Origin: Candidatus Eiseniibacteriota bacterium | GTDB lineage: Bacteria > Eisenbacteria > RBG-16-71-46 > DASYSL01 | Direction of reading: 5' to 3' | Length of the DNA stretch: 33,977 bases | NCBI GenBank assembly: GCA_031431875.1 | Contig: JANPEF010000076.1 | Coordinates: 1-33,977 of the forward strand | Part shown: positions 1 through 8,901 of the stretch, in pieces | Position numbering within the stretch: position 1 is the stretch's first letter | Layout of the letters: every line of letters starts with the position of its first letter | Notes under the pieces: generated by a model | Told to the model about the DNA's origin: nothing | The model's input: only the letters and a program-made list of their open reading frames with translations | The model's database searches: none | Program-made: the position numbers and the translations under genes

Positions 1-588
1 CTCCGGGCTCATGTACGCCGCGGTGCCGAGGATCACGCCCGCCTGCGTGGCTGCGTAGGTCATGGTGGGCGACGCCGACAGGTTCGGGTCCGAGCCCGTC
101 GCCGAGCTTGCTCCGCCCTTGGCCAGCCCGAAGTCGAGCACCTTGGCCTCGCCCGCTGCCGTGAACATGATGTTCCCGGGCTTCAAGTCGCGGTGCACCA
201 CGCCGCGTTCGTGCGCCGCCTCGAGCGCTGCGGCGACCTGGCGCCCCAGGTTGAGCGTGTCCGCGAGCGGAAGGGGCCCGGGCGTGAGGCGTTCGGCAAG
301 CGTCTCACCGTCCACTAGCTCGAGCACGAGGTAGCGTGCGCCGCCGACCTCTTCGAGCCCGAGGATGCCGGCGATGTTCGGGTGCGAGAGCGAGGCCAGC
401 AGCTTCGCTTCGCGCTCGAAGCGCGCCAGCCGTTCGGGATCCTGGGCGAATGCGGTGGGCAACGCCTTGATCGCCACTTCGCGCGAAAGCCGCGGGTCGC
501 GCGCGCGATACACCTCGCCCATGCCGCCGGCGCCGAGCGGGGCGAGGATTTCGTAGGGGCCGAGACGGGTGCCGGGGGTGAGGGGCAT
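1..588 (-). CDS. Hanks-type Ser/Thr protein kinase, N-terminal part (runs off the window start)
   Basis: Manual translation from ATG at 588: MPLTPGTRLGPYEILAPLGAGGMGEVYRARD...VAIK...HRDLKPGN...DFG...GTAAYMSPE. Missing from the ORF track because it is truncated by the window edge. Confidence 0.93.
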   Translation of the reverse strand, partial: MPLTPGTRLGPYEILAPLGAGGMGEVYRARDPRLSREVAIKALPTAFAQDPERLARFEREAKLLASLSHPNIAGILGLEEVGGARYLVLELVDGETLAERLTPGPLPLADTLNLGRQVAAALEAAHERGVVHRDLKPGNIMFTAAGEAKVLDFGLAKGGASSATGSDPNLSASPTMTYAATQAGVILGTAAYMSPE

Positions 589-671
589 TGGGTGAAAGTG
601 TAGCGCAAGCGGATCCGCCACGGGGAACGGGGCGGATCGGCGATCTGACCGGACTCCGTGCGCAGGCGATC

Positions 672-775
672 CCGCGGCTCGTCCGCGACTACACGCTCGA
701 GAAGGCGTGGGAGGACTGGCGGCTCTGCGCGTTGCAGGGGATCTGCATCCCCGCGGGCTGGTGCTCACACGAATC
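672..775 (+). pseudogene. Possible gene relic, resembling the C-terminal region of aminoglycoside/ecdysteroid-kinase-like phosphotransferases
   Basis: Coding-like stretch RLVRDYTLEKAWEDWRLCALQGICIP between two divergent kinases, with no credible start. The family resemblance is from memory only. Confidence 0.3.
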
Positions 776-802
776 GGTCGCTTCGTGAGGTAGACTGCCC
801 CC

Positions 803-2611
803 GTGCGCCTGACCCCCGGTTCCTTCCTCGGCCCTTACGAGATCGTCGCGCCCCTCGGCGTCGGCGGCATGGGAGAGGTCTACCGCAGCCGCGACTCGCG
901 GCTGGGGCGCGACGTCGCCCTCAAGGTCATCACCAACGAGTTCGCGCACGACTCCGAACGGATCCAGCGGTTCGAACAGGAAGCCCGCGCGTCCGGCACC
1001 CTGAGCCACTCCAACGTCTGCGCCGTGTACGACGTGGGTCGCCACGAGGGTTCGCCGTTCGTCGTGATGGAGTTGCTCGAAGGGGAGACCCTGCGGGCGA
1101 TCGTGCAGCGGGGCGCCATCCCGCTGCGCACGGCGATGGGCTACATGGCGCAGGCGGCGGGCGGGCTGGCCGCGGCCCACGACAAGCTGATCGTGCACCG
1201 CGACCTCAAGCCCGAGAACCTGTTCGTCAAGAAGGACGGGCAGGTGAAGGTGCTCGACTTCGGGCTGGCGAAACTCACGGGCACGACGACGGCCGCGGCC
1301 GGCGACGAATCGGTGACGCCGACGGTGACCGGATCCGGCGTGATCCTGGGCACCACTGCCTACATGGCCCCCGAGCAGATCCGCGGGGAGCCCGTGGATG
1401 CCCGCGCCGACGTGTTCGCGCTCGGCGTCGTGCTCTACGAGTTGCTCGCCGGCCGCAGGCCCTTCGGGGGCTCGACGCCGGCCGACGTCATGAGCGCCAT
1501 TCTCCAGCACGACCCCGCACCGCTGGCCACGCTTCGCCCCGACATTCCCGCGCAGCTGGCCTGGCTCGTCCGGCGCTGCCTGGCGAAGGATCCCGACCGG
1601 CGCGTGCAGACGAGCCGCGACGTGCGCAACGAGCTCGAGGAGCTGCTGCGCGAGATGGAACTCGGGACCGCGGGGGATTCGCCAGCCGGAAACAAGACCC
1701 TGCAGCCCGTGGAACGGCAGTTCCTGCTGACCGCGGCCCACGTACGCCAGGTGTCGGTGCGCAATCCGCGCCTGATCGGGTATCCCCTGACCTACCTCGA
1801 CAACCGGATCGAGTCGGAGACGCTCGTCGTGTTCCTGCACGGCGTCGGTGGCGACCACCGGAGCTTCGAGGAGTCGGTGCGGAGCCTTCCGTATCGAGCC
1901 ATCTCCCTTTCGCTGGCCGGGCTCGCGCCGGGTGATGCCTATCGTCCGGTGCTCGCGTTTGACGATCATTCCCGGTTGATCCGCATCCTCCTCGCGGAGC
2001 TCGTGCGCGAGTGCGCTCCGGCACGCACGATTCTGGTCGGCTTTTCGGCAGGCGCCGATCACTTCCTGCGCATGATCGATTCGGAGGAGGGCCCGGGCAT
2101 CGACGTCGCGGGGTTCATCGGCCTGGGGACCAATGTCAGCCTCGACACCTGCTTCGTCTCGAAGCTCTACGCGCAGATGGACACCGGGAATCCCGACGGG
2201 ATCCTCGCGTCCCTCAAGTCGCTCGGTGCGGAGGTCAGCCCGCTCACGTCGTGGCTGGTCCTGCAGACGTACATCTCGCAGACCTTCCTGAAGTTCGGCT
2301 CCGAGCTGGAGCCCCTGCAACGCTACTCCGTCGAACTGGTCGCCCCCTTCGAGGCGGGCGGGGACCCGCTGCCCGGCTGGTACCGCGCTGCGACGGCGAA
2401 GATCGAAAGCGTTCGCTTCGTCTTTTCCGACGCGGAGGCCCGGCCCGCCGAAGAAGTGCTTTCCCGTCACCTGGAGCACAACATCCTCGGCGACCGCTTC
2501 ACGGAACGCTCCTTCATGACGGAGCCGGTCACCCACGGAGGGCTGGCCGAGCCCGCGTTCACCAACCGTTATGTCGAGAGCGTGGTGGCCGAGTTGAAGG
2601 CCGGAAGTTGA
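803..2611 (+). CDS. Ser/Thr protein kinase fused to a C-terminal alpha/beta-hydrolase-fold domain
   Basis: GVGGMG, VALK, HRDLKPEN, DFG and YMAPE motifs. The C-terminal half has VVFLHGVGG (oxyanion motif) and LVGFSAG (G-x-S-x-G elbow). No transmembrane helix seen. Confidence 0.9.
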   Translation: MRLTPGSFLGPYEIVAPLGVGGMGEVYRSRDSRLGRDVALKVITNEFAHDSERIQRFEQEARASGTLSHSNVCAVYDVGRHEGSPFVVMELLEGETLRAIVQRGAIPLRTAMGYMAQAAGGLAAAHDKLIVHRDLKPENLFVKKDGQVKVLDFGLAKLTGTTTAAAGDESVTPTVTGSGVILGTTAYMAPEQIRGEPVDARADVFALGVVLYELLAGRRPFGGSTPADVMSAILQHDPAPLATLRPDIPAQLAWLVRRCLAKDPDRRVQTSRDVRNELEELLREMELGTAGDSPAGNKTLQPVERQFLLTAAHVRQVSVRNPRLIGYPLTYLDNRIESETLVVFLHGVGGDHRSFEESVRSLPYRAISLSLAGLAPGDAYRPVLAFDDHSRLIRILLAELVRECAPARTILVGFSAGADHFLRMIDSEEGPGIDVAGFIGLGTNVSLDTCFVSKLYAQMDTGNPDGILASLKSLGAEVSPLTSWLVLQTYISQTFLKFGSELEPLQRYSVELVAPFEAGGDPLPGWYRAATAKIESVRFVFSDAEARPAEEVLSRHLEHNILGDRFTERSFMTEPVTHGGLAEPAFTNRYVESVVAELKAGS

Positions 2612-3279
2612 TGCGGGCTCTTCTTGTTCTCGCCCTGCTGCTGCTTCCCGCATCCTGGGCCGTCGCTGCCGAAGACAAGGCCGCGGAGCAGGACGCCGCA
2701 CTGCAGGCGGCGTTCGACGAGACCCTCGCCGCGGCGAGCCAGGCGCTCGCGGCCCAGGTCATCACCTTCGAGACCGATCCGGCCGGGGCGGCCTCCATCG
2801 ATGACGCCCCGCTCGGACTCGCGTCCGCGTACACGGTGGGCCCGCTGAGCATCAGGTTCGGATTCGACGGGGACCTCAATGGCATCCCGGAAACCATCGC
2901 CGCCTTCGAGCAGGCCGGCCCCGACGTCCTCGATGGGTTCGCGGCGTGCATCGACCGGGATACCGCGGCCCCCGGATTCGGACCGCAGCTCGGCAACTTC
3001 TTCCTGCGCGGAAACTCGGGCGCCGACTTCGGCGTGCTGGCCACGATCGATTCCCCGCTCAGCACCCAGGACAGCGGCTGTGCGAACACCGAACTCGACG
3101 GGAAGCCGTGGACATTCAGCTTCGTCGGCGTCCCGGGCATCGCCCGCATCACGATCGACTTCATCGGCACCAAGACCAACGGGATCGGCCTGGCGTTCAA
3201 CACTTTCAATGCGACCGGGGAGCAGCCGGTGCCCGCCTCGCCGGCGACGTGGGGCCGGGTGAAGAGCGTGTATCGGTAG
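2611..3279 (+). CDS. Secreted hypothetical protein (222 aa) with a C-terminal 'ATWGRVKSVYR' tail
   Basis: ATG overlaps the kinase stop (TGATG). Signal peptide MRALLVLALLLLPASWAVAA. Ends PVPASPATWGRVKSVYR. Confidence 0.85.
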   Translation: MRALLVLALLLLPASWAVAAEDKAAEQDAALQAAFDETLAAASQALAAQVITFETDPAGAASIDDAPLGLASAYTVGPLSIRFGFDGDLNGIPETIAAFEQAGPDVLDGFAACIDRDTAAPGFGPQLGNFFLRGNSGADFGVLATIDSPLSTQDSGCANTELDGKPWTFSFVGVPGIARITIDFIGTKTNGIGLAFNTFNATGEQPVPASPATWGRVKSVYR

Positions 3280-3401
3280 GATCGGGCGCGAAAGGTGGGC
3301 GGGTCGCCGATGGAGACACGAGAAACACGCTCCACACCGCCCGTCCCCGCCGGGGTAGAGTCGTCGGCACCCTCCGCAGTCTCACCACCCTGAGGCAACT
3401 C

Positions 3402-6155
3402 ATGCTCGTGCTCCCACGTCCGCGTTCGCGCTCCTCGGTCATCGTTCCGCCGCTCGTCGCCTTCGGCTCGTTCGCGATGCTCGTCGCCGCATCGCCGGCC
3501 GCAGCCCAGGGCTTCGTCGCCGGAGTTCGCCACGATCACCCGGCGCCGACCGCACCGGCGGGAATCGCACTCGCTCACTTCGATGCCGATGGCTACCCCG
3601 ATCTCGTCGTCACGAATCCCGCGACGGGCACGATCTCGATCCAGCGCGGAAACAGCGCGGGGGGATTCGGTCCGCGCGTGAACTACCCCGTGGGGCTCGA
3701 TCCCCGCGCCGTCGCGATCGCGGACTTGAACGGCAACGGCAAGCTCGACCTCGTCGTCGTGAACACGGGGTCGAACACCGTGTCGGTGCGACTGGGCGTT
3801 TCGGGCGGAGACTTCGGCGGCGCGCAGACGTTCGGGACCGGGCCGATGCCCGTCGCCGTCGCCATCGGCGACCTCAACCTCGACTCGAAGCTCGATCTCG
3901 CGGTGGCGAACTCCGGCTCGACATCGGTGTCGATCCTGCTCGGGAACGGCTTCGGCGGATTTCATCCGCGGAACGACTTCTCGGTCGGCGCTCGGCCGGA
4001 AAACATCGTGATCGCGGACATGAACGGCGACGGCAGGCCCGACGTCGTGACCGCAAACGTGGACGAGTCGACGATCGCGGTCCTGCTCGGCCAGGGCGAC
4101 GGCACGTTCCTGCCGCGGATCGACACCGCGGCCGGACCGCAGCCACGCGGACTCGCCGTCAGCGACCTCAACCACGATGGCACGCTCGACGCGGCCGTCA
4201 TCGACGGAGACGGCAACGTCCGGCTGTTTCTCGGCAACGGCGCGGGAGGCTTCACACCGAGGACGCCGTTCAACGTGGGGACGGGGCGGCTCGCGATCGG
4301 GGACATGAACAGCGACGGGCACCCCGATCTCGTCGCGGGCAAGGGGGCTGCAGGAACACTCGAAGTCCTGCACGGGGACGGGACCGGCGAGTTCTTCCTC
4401 GGCACGCCCTTCGACCTCGGCGGGGGCGTGCGCGCGATCGAGCTCGCCGACATGAATGCCGACGGAGGACTCGACGTGGTGGTGGCCACCGAGGCGAGCG
4501 ACAAGGTCGTGGTCGTTCTCGCATGGAAATCGCCGGTCGACTCGCCGGACGACCTCACGGCGGGGGACTATCCGGGGTTCATCGCGCTCGCCGACCTTGA
4601 CGGCGACGGGGACCTCGATGTCGGCAGCGCCGACTTCAGCTCGAACCAGGTCTCGATCTTCCTCGGGAACGGCGCGGGGGGATTCGGAGCGCGGACCGGC
4701 TACGGCGTGGGCGCCGGCCCGGTGGGCATCGCGTTCGGACGGGCGAATGCCGACACCATTCCCGATCTGGTCGTCACCAATCGCGACGACAACGACGTGT
4801 CGGTGCTGATCGGAAACGGCCTGGGCGGCTTCGGGTCCCGAGTGGACTTCCCCACGGGAGATTCACCCATCGGCGTGGCCGTCGCCGACGTGAGCAGCGA
4901 CGGCAAGGTCGACCTCGTCATCGCGAACCGGGGCGGAGACGACGTCTCCGTCCTGCTCGGCAACGGGCTGGGCTCCTTCGCGGCGCCGACGGACTTCCCG
5001 ACCGGCCCGGGGAGCGCGCCGTTCACGCTCGCACTGGCGCACATGAACGCCGACGCCCTCCTCGACGTCGTGACGGCGAACTTCGGCACGAGCACGATGT
5101 CGATTCTCCCCGGGAACGGCAGCGGCAGCTTCGGCGCGGGAACGACCCATGCGGTGGGCGCCTGGCCGTACGGGATCGCGGTCGGGGACGTCAACGGGGA
5201 CGGCCTCACCGACGTCGCGACCGCGAACTACGGAGGCCCGCCCGACGTCAGCGTCCTGATCGGCGACGGACTCGGCGGCATCACGCAGAGCATCCCCGTC
5301 ACGACGAATGCCTCGGCATTCGCCGTGGCCATGGGCGACATGAACCGGGACGGCCGCCTCGACCTCGTCGTCGTCAACCAGGGAGGCCCGAGCGTATCGG
5401 TGCTGCTCGGCAACGGGACGGGGCAATTCGATCTCAACCAGGAGTTCCCGACCGGGATCGATCCCGGCGGCGTCGCCCTGGGCGACGTCGACAAGAACGG
5501 ACGGCTCGACCTCCTGAACTCGAACAGCGCCGACGGCACCGTGTCGGTTCGCCTCGGCCGCGCGCCGACGCGCACGACGCTCGCCGCGAGTCCGAACCCG
5601 GTGGCCCTCAACGGAGTGCTCACCCTCACCGCCACCGTGACCGTGCCCGCACCCGGCACCGGCCCGGTGACCGGCGTCGTGCGCTTCCACGACGGCACCA
5701 CCCTCCTCGGCAGCGCCCCGATGATCGGCGACGTGGCCACGCTCCAGTTGCCGGCGAGCTTCCCGTGGTTTCGCACCTATCGCGCGAGCTACGCGGGCGA
5801 TGATCGGCTCTACGGCAGCATCTCGGCGCCGTTCGATCTCATGGCCTACGTGACGACGATCGACGTGCCACCCGCGACGCCGCCGCTCGAGTTCGCGCTC
5901 GAGGGAGTGCGGCCGAACCCGGCGAGGCGCGGCAGTCTCGTGGTGCACTTCACGCTCGCAGAGGCGGGGGCATCGCAGATCGAGTTGTTCGACGTGCGCG
6001 GGCGACGAGTCGCCGGGCGCGAGGTGCGCGGCGAGAGTGGCCGGCACGACGCGATCGATCTCGCGGAGATGCAATCAATCCCGGTCGGTGTGTACCTCGT
6101 GCGCCTGACACAGGGTACGCAGACGCGGGTGGGAAGGGTGGTGGTGGTGGATTGA
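3402..6155 (+). CDS. FG-GAP/VCBS repeat protein (14 repeats) + bacterial Ig-like (group 3) domain + T9SS-A/FlgD-like C-terminal domain
   Basis: GAGG before ATG 3402 and a signal peptide ending AAA-Q. Fourteen DxNxDGxxD-type motifs, then TTLAASPNP...VRFHDG...YAGD (Ig-like), then RPNP...LFDVRGRRV...GVYLVRL (CTD). Confidence 0.92.
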   Translation: MLVLPRPRSRSSVIVPPLVAFGSFAMLVAASPAAAQGFVAGVRHDHPAPTAPAGIALAHFDADGYPDLVVTNPATGTISIQRGNSAGGFGPRVNYPVGLDPRAVAIADLNGNGKLDLVVVNTGSNTVSVRLGVSGGDFGGAQTFGTGPMPVAVAIGDLNLDSKLDLAVANSGSTSVSILLGNGFGGFHPRNDFSVGARPENIVIADMNGDGRPDVVTANVDESTIAVLLGQGDGTFLPRIDTAAGPQPRGLAVSDLNHDGTLDAAVIDGDGNVRLFLGNGAGGFTPRTPFNVGTGRLAIGDMNSDGHPDLVAGKGAAGTLEVLHGDGTGEFFLGTPFDLGGGVRAIELADMNADGGLDVVVATEASDKVVVVLAWKSPVDSPDDLTAGDYPGFIALADLDGDGDLDVGSADFSSNQVSIFLGNGAGGFGARTGYGVGAGPVGIAFGRANADTIPDLVVTNRDDNDVSVLIGNGLGGFGSRVDFPTGDSPIGVAVADVSSDGKVDLVIANRGGDDVSVLLGNGLGSFAAPTDFPTGPGSAPFTLALAHMNADALLDVVTANFGTSTMSILPGNGSGSFGAGTTHAVGAWPYGIAVGDVNGDGLTDVATANYGGPPDVSVLIGDGLGGITQSIPVTTNASAFAVAMGDMNRDGRLDLVVVNQGGPSVSVLLGNGTGQFDLNQEFPTGIDPGGVALGDVDKNGRLDLLNSNSADGTVSVRLGRAPTRTTLAASPNPVALNGVLTLTATVTVPAPGTGPVTGVVRFHDGTTLLGSAPMIGDVATLQLPASFPWFRTYRASYAGDDRLYGSISAPFDLMAYVTTIDVPPATPPLEFALEGVRPNPARRGSLVVHFTLAEAGASQIELFDVRGRRVAGREVRGESGRHDAIDLAEMQSIPVGVYLVRLTQGTQTRVGRVVVVD

Positions 6156-6167
6156 GTCGGCTCCGGA

Positions 6168-7430
6168 CTAGCGCACGAACACCACGCGCGTCGCCGACCG
6201 GGCGGACCCCGTGCGCACTTCCGCGAAGTACGTGCCCGCCGCGAGGCGTCCCGGGTCGAGGACGTACGTGTACTCCCCGGGAACGGCGTCGGCGAGGTCG
6301 ACCGCGCGCAGCACCTCGGCGCCGCGCACGTCATAGAGACTGACGCGGACCCGCCCCGCCACACCGAGCGTCCACGTCAGGCGCGTCCCGCTGATCGACG
6401 GATTGGGGAAGGCGCGCAGGCTGGTGACTGCACCGCGGCCACGACCGTCATCGCCCACGCCCACTGCGGGCAGATACGTCACCACGGTTTCGCCCGGCGT
6501 CACGTGCCCGCCCCCCGGGCCGGTGTTCCCCGCAACGAGCACGCCGTAGTAGCTGGGTCCCAGCACGTACGGGTAGAGCCCGGTGCCCGCCTCATCGAGC
6601 GTGACGAAGTAGGCGTAGATCCCCGCGGGGTACTCGGGCGTCACGGTCGAGCGCCCGTTGTACGGGTCGAGATCGCCGAGCCCCGGCACGTACTCCCAGT
6701 CCTCGATGTAGTAGCCCAGCGGATACGTTTCCGAGACGGGAGGGCCGTACTGCGCCGCACTCAGCACGGTTCCGTCGGGCAGCGTCGTGCGGGTCGTGAT
6801 CGCGCGCAGGCGGTAGCTCGAGCGCATGCGCTGCATGCCGCCCGAGCCGTTCGAGTTCGCCCAGCCGTACTCGCCGTAGATCGGGTAGCCGTCGAAGGCA
6901 TAGCCGATCAGCGGCGAGTGCTGCGTCGAGTCGGGCGTGTACAGGCAGCGCGGGTTCAGGTGATGGTGGTAGGCGCCCCCGGGGGCCGGGTGTCCCTCGC
7001 AGTCGTCGAAGCTGGGGCCTTCGACGACGACGGCATCCTGGTGCCAGATGTTCGCGTTGTTCCACGAACGTCCGTCGCGGGCATTGAAGGCCACGACCCC
7101 GTTCACCAGCAGCGCGATGGGCCCCATCGGGGTCGCGGTCTTCGGGCCCGCGTTCACCGCCGGCGTGCGCGTGATGCGGAACGTGTAGTTCTGGTCGGTC
7201 GCCGTGTTCGGGTTGCCGGGCCACGGACCGATGCCGTACGCGGGAATGCTCGAGCTGCTCACGTAGACATTGCCGGCCGAGTACTGCACGAGCTGAACGT
7301 CCGACTCGAGCCCGCCGTACCCCGTGTAGCCGGTCCGGTTGATGATCCACGAGGCGATCTCGGGTGGATCGGCCAGCGCATTGGTGCCAGGGAGCATCAG
7401 GACAGCGGCGATAAGCAGGGTTCGAGTCAC
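6168..7430 (-). CDS. Secreted YHYH-family protein with T9SS-A-like C-terminal domain
   Basis: GHPAPGGAYHHH, HSPLIGYAFDGYPIYG, GDLDPYNGR and YAYFVT motifs. CTD AFPNPS...LYDVRG...GTYFAEV. GTG start at 7430 chosen from the signal peptide and upstream GGAGA. Confidence 0.88.
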   Translation of the reverse strand: MTRTLLIAAVLMLPGTNALADPPEIASWIINRTGYTGYGGLESDVQLVQYSAGNVYVSSSSIPAYGIGPWPGNPNTATDQNYTFRITRTPAVNAGPKTATPMGPIALLVNGVVAFNARDGRSWNNANIWHQDAVVVEGPSFDDCEGHPAPGGAYHHHLNPRCLYTPDSTQHSPLIGYAFDGYPIYGEYGWANSNGSGGMQRMRSSYRLRAITTRTTLPDGTVLSAAQYGPPVSETYPLGYYIEDWEYVPGLGDLDPYNGRSTVTPEYPAGIYAYFVTLDEAGTGLYPYVLGPSYYGVLVAGNTGPGGGHVTPGETVVTYLPAVGVGDDGRGRGAVTSLRAFPNPSISGTRLTWTLGVAGRVRVSLYDVRGAEVLRAVDLADAVPGEYTYVLDPGRLAAGTYFAEVRTGSARSATRVVFVR

Positions 7431-7460
7431 GCGATCTCCCGGGGGGTGAGGAACATGGGC

Positions 7461-7480
7461 GAACATTATAGTCGATTGAC
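7461..7480. promoter_or_regulatory. Overlapping divergent -10 elements
   Basis: AT-rich island in a 107-bp divergent spacer: TATAAT on the minus strand (7465-7470) and TATAGT on the plus strand (7467-7472). Confidence 0.45.
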
Positions 7481-7537
7481 TGCCCCCGGGGCAGAGGCCT
7501 AACCTCGTTGTTCCCCCCGCTCGCGAGGAGATCCCCG

Positions 7538-8491
7538 GTGAAGATTCCCGCCGCGCTCGCTGCAGTCGCCGCCCTCGTCGTCCTGGCCATCGAGTGCCCG
7601 GCGGCCGACGTTCACTGGCAAGCCTCCCTGGGTCTGCTCCCCCAGGACGCCTGCCCGCCGTGGACGGCCGTGGTGAGCGACTCTGCGCCCACGTTCGTCG
7701 GCGGCGCACTGCACGTGCGCACCACCGCGTGCGATCGCAACACGCTGTACTACCAGGCGGGCGTGGATCTGCAGCTCCCCGACACGATCGTCGTGGAGGC
7801 GCGTTTGCGAGCGGCCGCGCGCAGCGAGTGCGTCGGCCCGTGCGGGCACTTTCGTGACGCGGCGGCGATCCTGATCACGACCGCGCCGAACGTCGGCACC
7901 CTGGTGTTCGTGGGAGTGGACGAGGTGTTCATCACCAACGGCGAGTGCGCCGGAATCTCGAGCGTCCTCGTCGACACCGACGGCGCGGCGCACACCTACC
8001 GCGTGGTCGTGTTGCCCTCAGGCGTGGTCTCGGTTTCGTATGACGGCGCGCCGCTGCTCACCGGGCACACCTACACGTCCATCTTCGATCACGCCACGCA
8101 ACCGCGCATCCTGTGGGGCGAAGGTTCGTCCTTCGCGTTCGGCACCACGCATTGGGAGTCCTTCCGCCACAACGCGCACGCGGCGGGGTGCACGACCCTC
8201 GACGCCGGAACCGCGACATCGCTCGCGCCGCGCGCGTGGCCGAATCCGTTCCGCGAGGCGACGACGCTGCGTTACTCGTTGGCCCGCCCGGGCCGTGTGC
8301 AGGTCGACCTGTACGACATCGCCGGCCGGTGGATCCGCCAGCTCGAGTCGGCCGAGGTTGCGGCGGGCGAGCAGCGGCGAGCCTGGGATGGCCTCGACGC
8401 CGCGGGCCGACCGGTCGGGCCGGGGATGTACGCGTACCGGATCCGGACGGAGGACGGGGTACGGACGGGGAAGGTGATGCGCCTGCCGTAG
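7538..8491 (+). CDS. Secreted Cys-rich protein with FlgD Ig-like C-terminal domain
   Basis: GAGGAG RBS + GTG and a signal peptide. C-terminus AWPNPFR...LYDIAGRWIRQL...WDGLDAAGRPVGPGMYAYRI. Confidence 0.88.
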   Translation: MKIPAALAAVAALVVLAIECPAADVHWQASLGLLPQDACPPWTAVVSDSAPTFVGGALHVRTTACDRNTLYYQAGVDLQLPDTIVVEARLRAAARSECVGPCGHFRDAAAILITTAPNVGTLVFVGVDEVFITNGECAGISSVLVDTDGAAHTYRVVVLPSGVVSVSYDGAPLLTGHTYTSIFDHATQPRILWGEGSSFAFGTTHWESFRHNAHAAGCTTLDAGTATSLAPRAWPNPFREATTLRYSLARPGRVQVDLYDIAGRWIRQLESAEVAAGEQRRAWDGLDAAGRPVGPGMYAYRIRTEDGVRTGKVMRLP

Positions 8492-8651
8492 GCGCACTGC
8501 GCCGGTCCGACTACCGCCGCAGCAGCAACTTCCGCGCCCCCTCGATCCCGGGATAGCGCGCCTCGAGGAAAAACACGCCGGCGATCGCGAAGCGTTCGCT
8601 CACGTCGGCGCGGCTCGGCAGGTTCTCTTCGTAGATGCGGACGCGCGCGTC

Positions 8652-8710
8652 CGTACCGGATCCGGACCCAGGATGGAGTGCGAACGGAGAAGGTGTTGCG
8701 CGGGAGGTGA
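8652..8710 (+). repeat. Degenerate copy of the 3' end of the upstream FlgD-domain gene
   Basis: 8652-8701 matches 8433-8482 at 42/50 nt by manual alignment (YRIRTQDGVRTEKVLR vs YRIRTEDGVRTGKVMR). Confidence 0.8.
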
Positions 8711-8730
8711 GTGGGCTTGAGCGTCCCGCG

Positions 8731-8768
8731 CAGCACGCCTTGCGCTCGAACCGCTCCGCAAACCACAC
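8731..8768 (-). pseudogene. 3'-end relic of the CopG/BrnA-like antitoxin gene (third copy)
   Basis: Matches 19593-19630 at 34/38 nt. Translates VWFAERFERKAC vs VWIAERLERKAS. Confidence 0.8.
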
Positions 8769-8901
8769 GGCATGGAGAGAGCCATCGGTGCCGCACTCAC
8801 CTGCGTCAGCGCAGGTTCATGCGACCATCGCCTGTCCATGGCCGCACTTCAGACCTTCGCCGCGCCCTCGAACCGATCCACGAGCCGGATCACCACCCGC
8901 C

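Noticed and set aside
689..2701. Long antisense and alternate-frame ORFs throughout (e.g. 689-2701, 2559-4373, 8635-10401, 11184-13133, 20207-22003, 23108-24691)
   Set aside because: They are shadows of real genes in high-GC DNA: Arg/Pro/Ala-rich, lacking motifs, and overlapping well-supported CDSs.
3288..3308. GCGAAAGGTGG...GTCGCC similarity with 10977-10996
   Set aside because: Only about 11 bp of exact match in GC-rich DNA, too short to support a repeat family.
7497..7510. Integron attC-like GCCTAAC core
   Set aside because: No matching GTTRRRY end at cassette spacing, no recurrence after other genes, and no intI in the window.
8433..8701. Diversity-generating retroelement TR/VR pair (C-terminal duplicate of the FlgD gene)
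   Set aside because: Mismatches are not confined to adenines of either copy (G/C and C/T also occur), and no reverse transcriptase is present.
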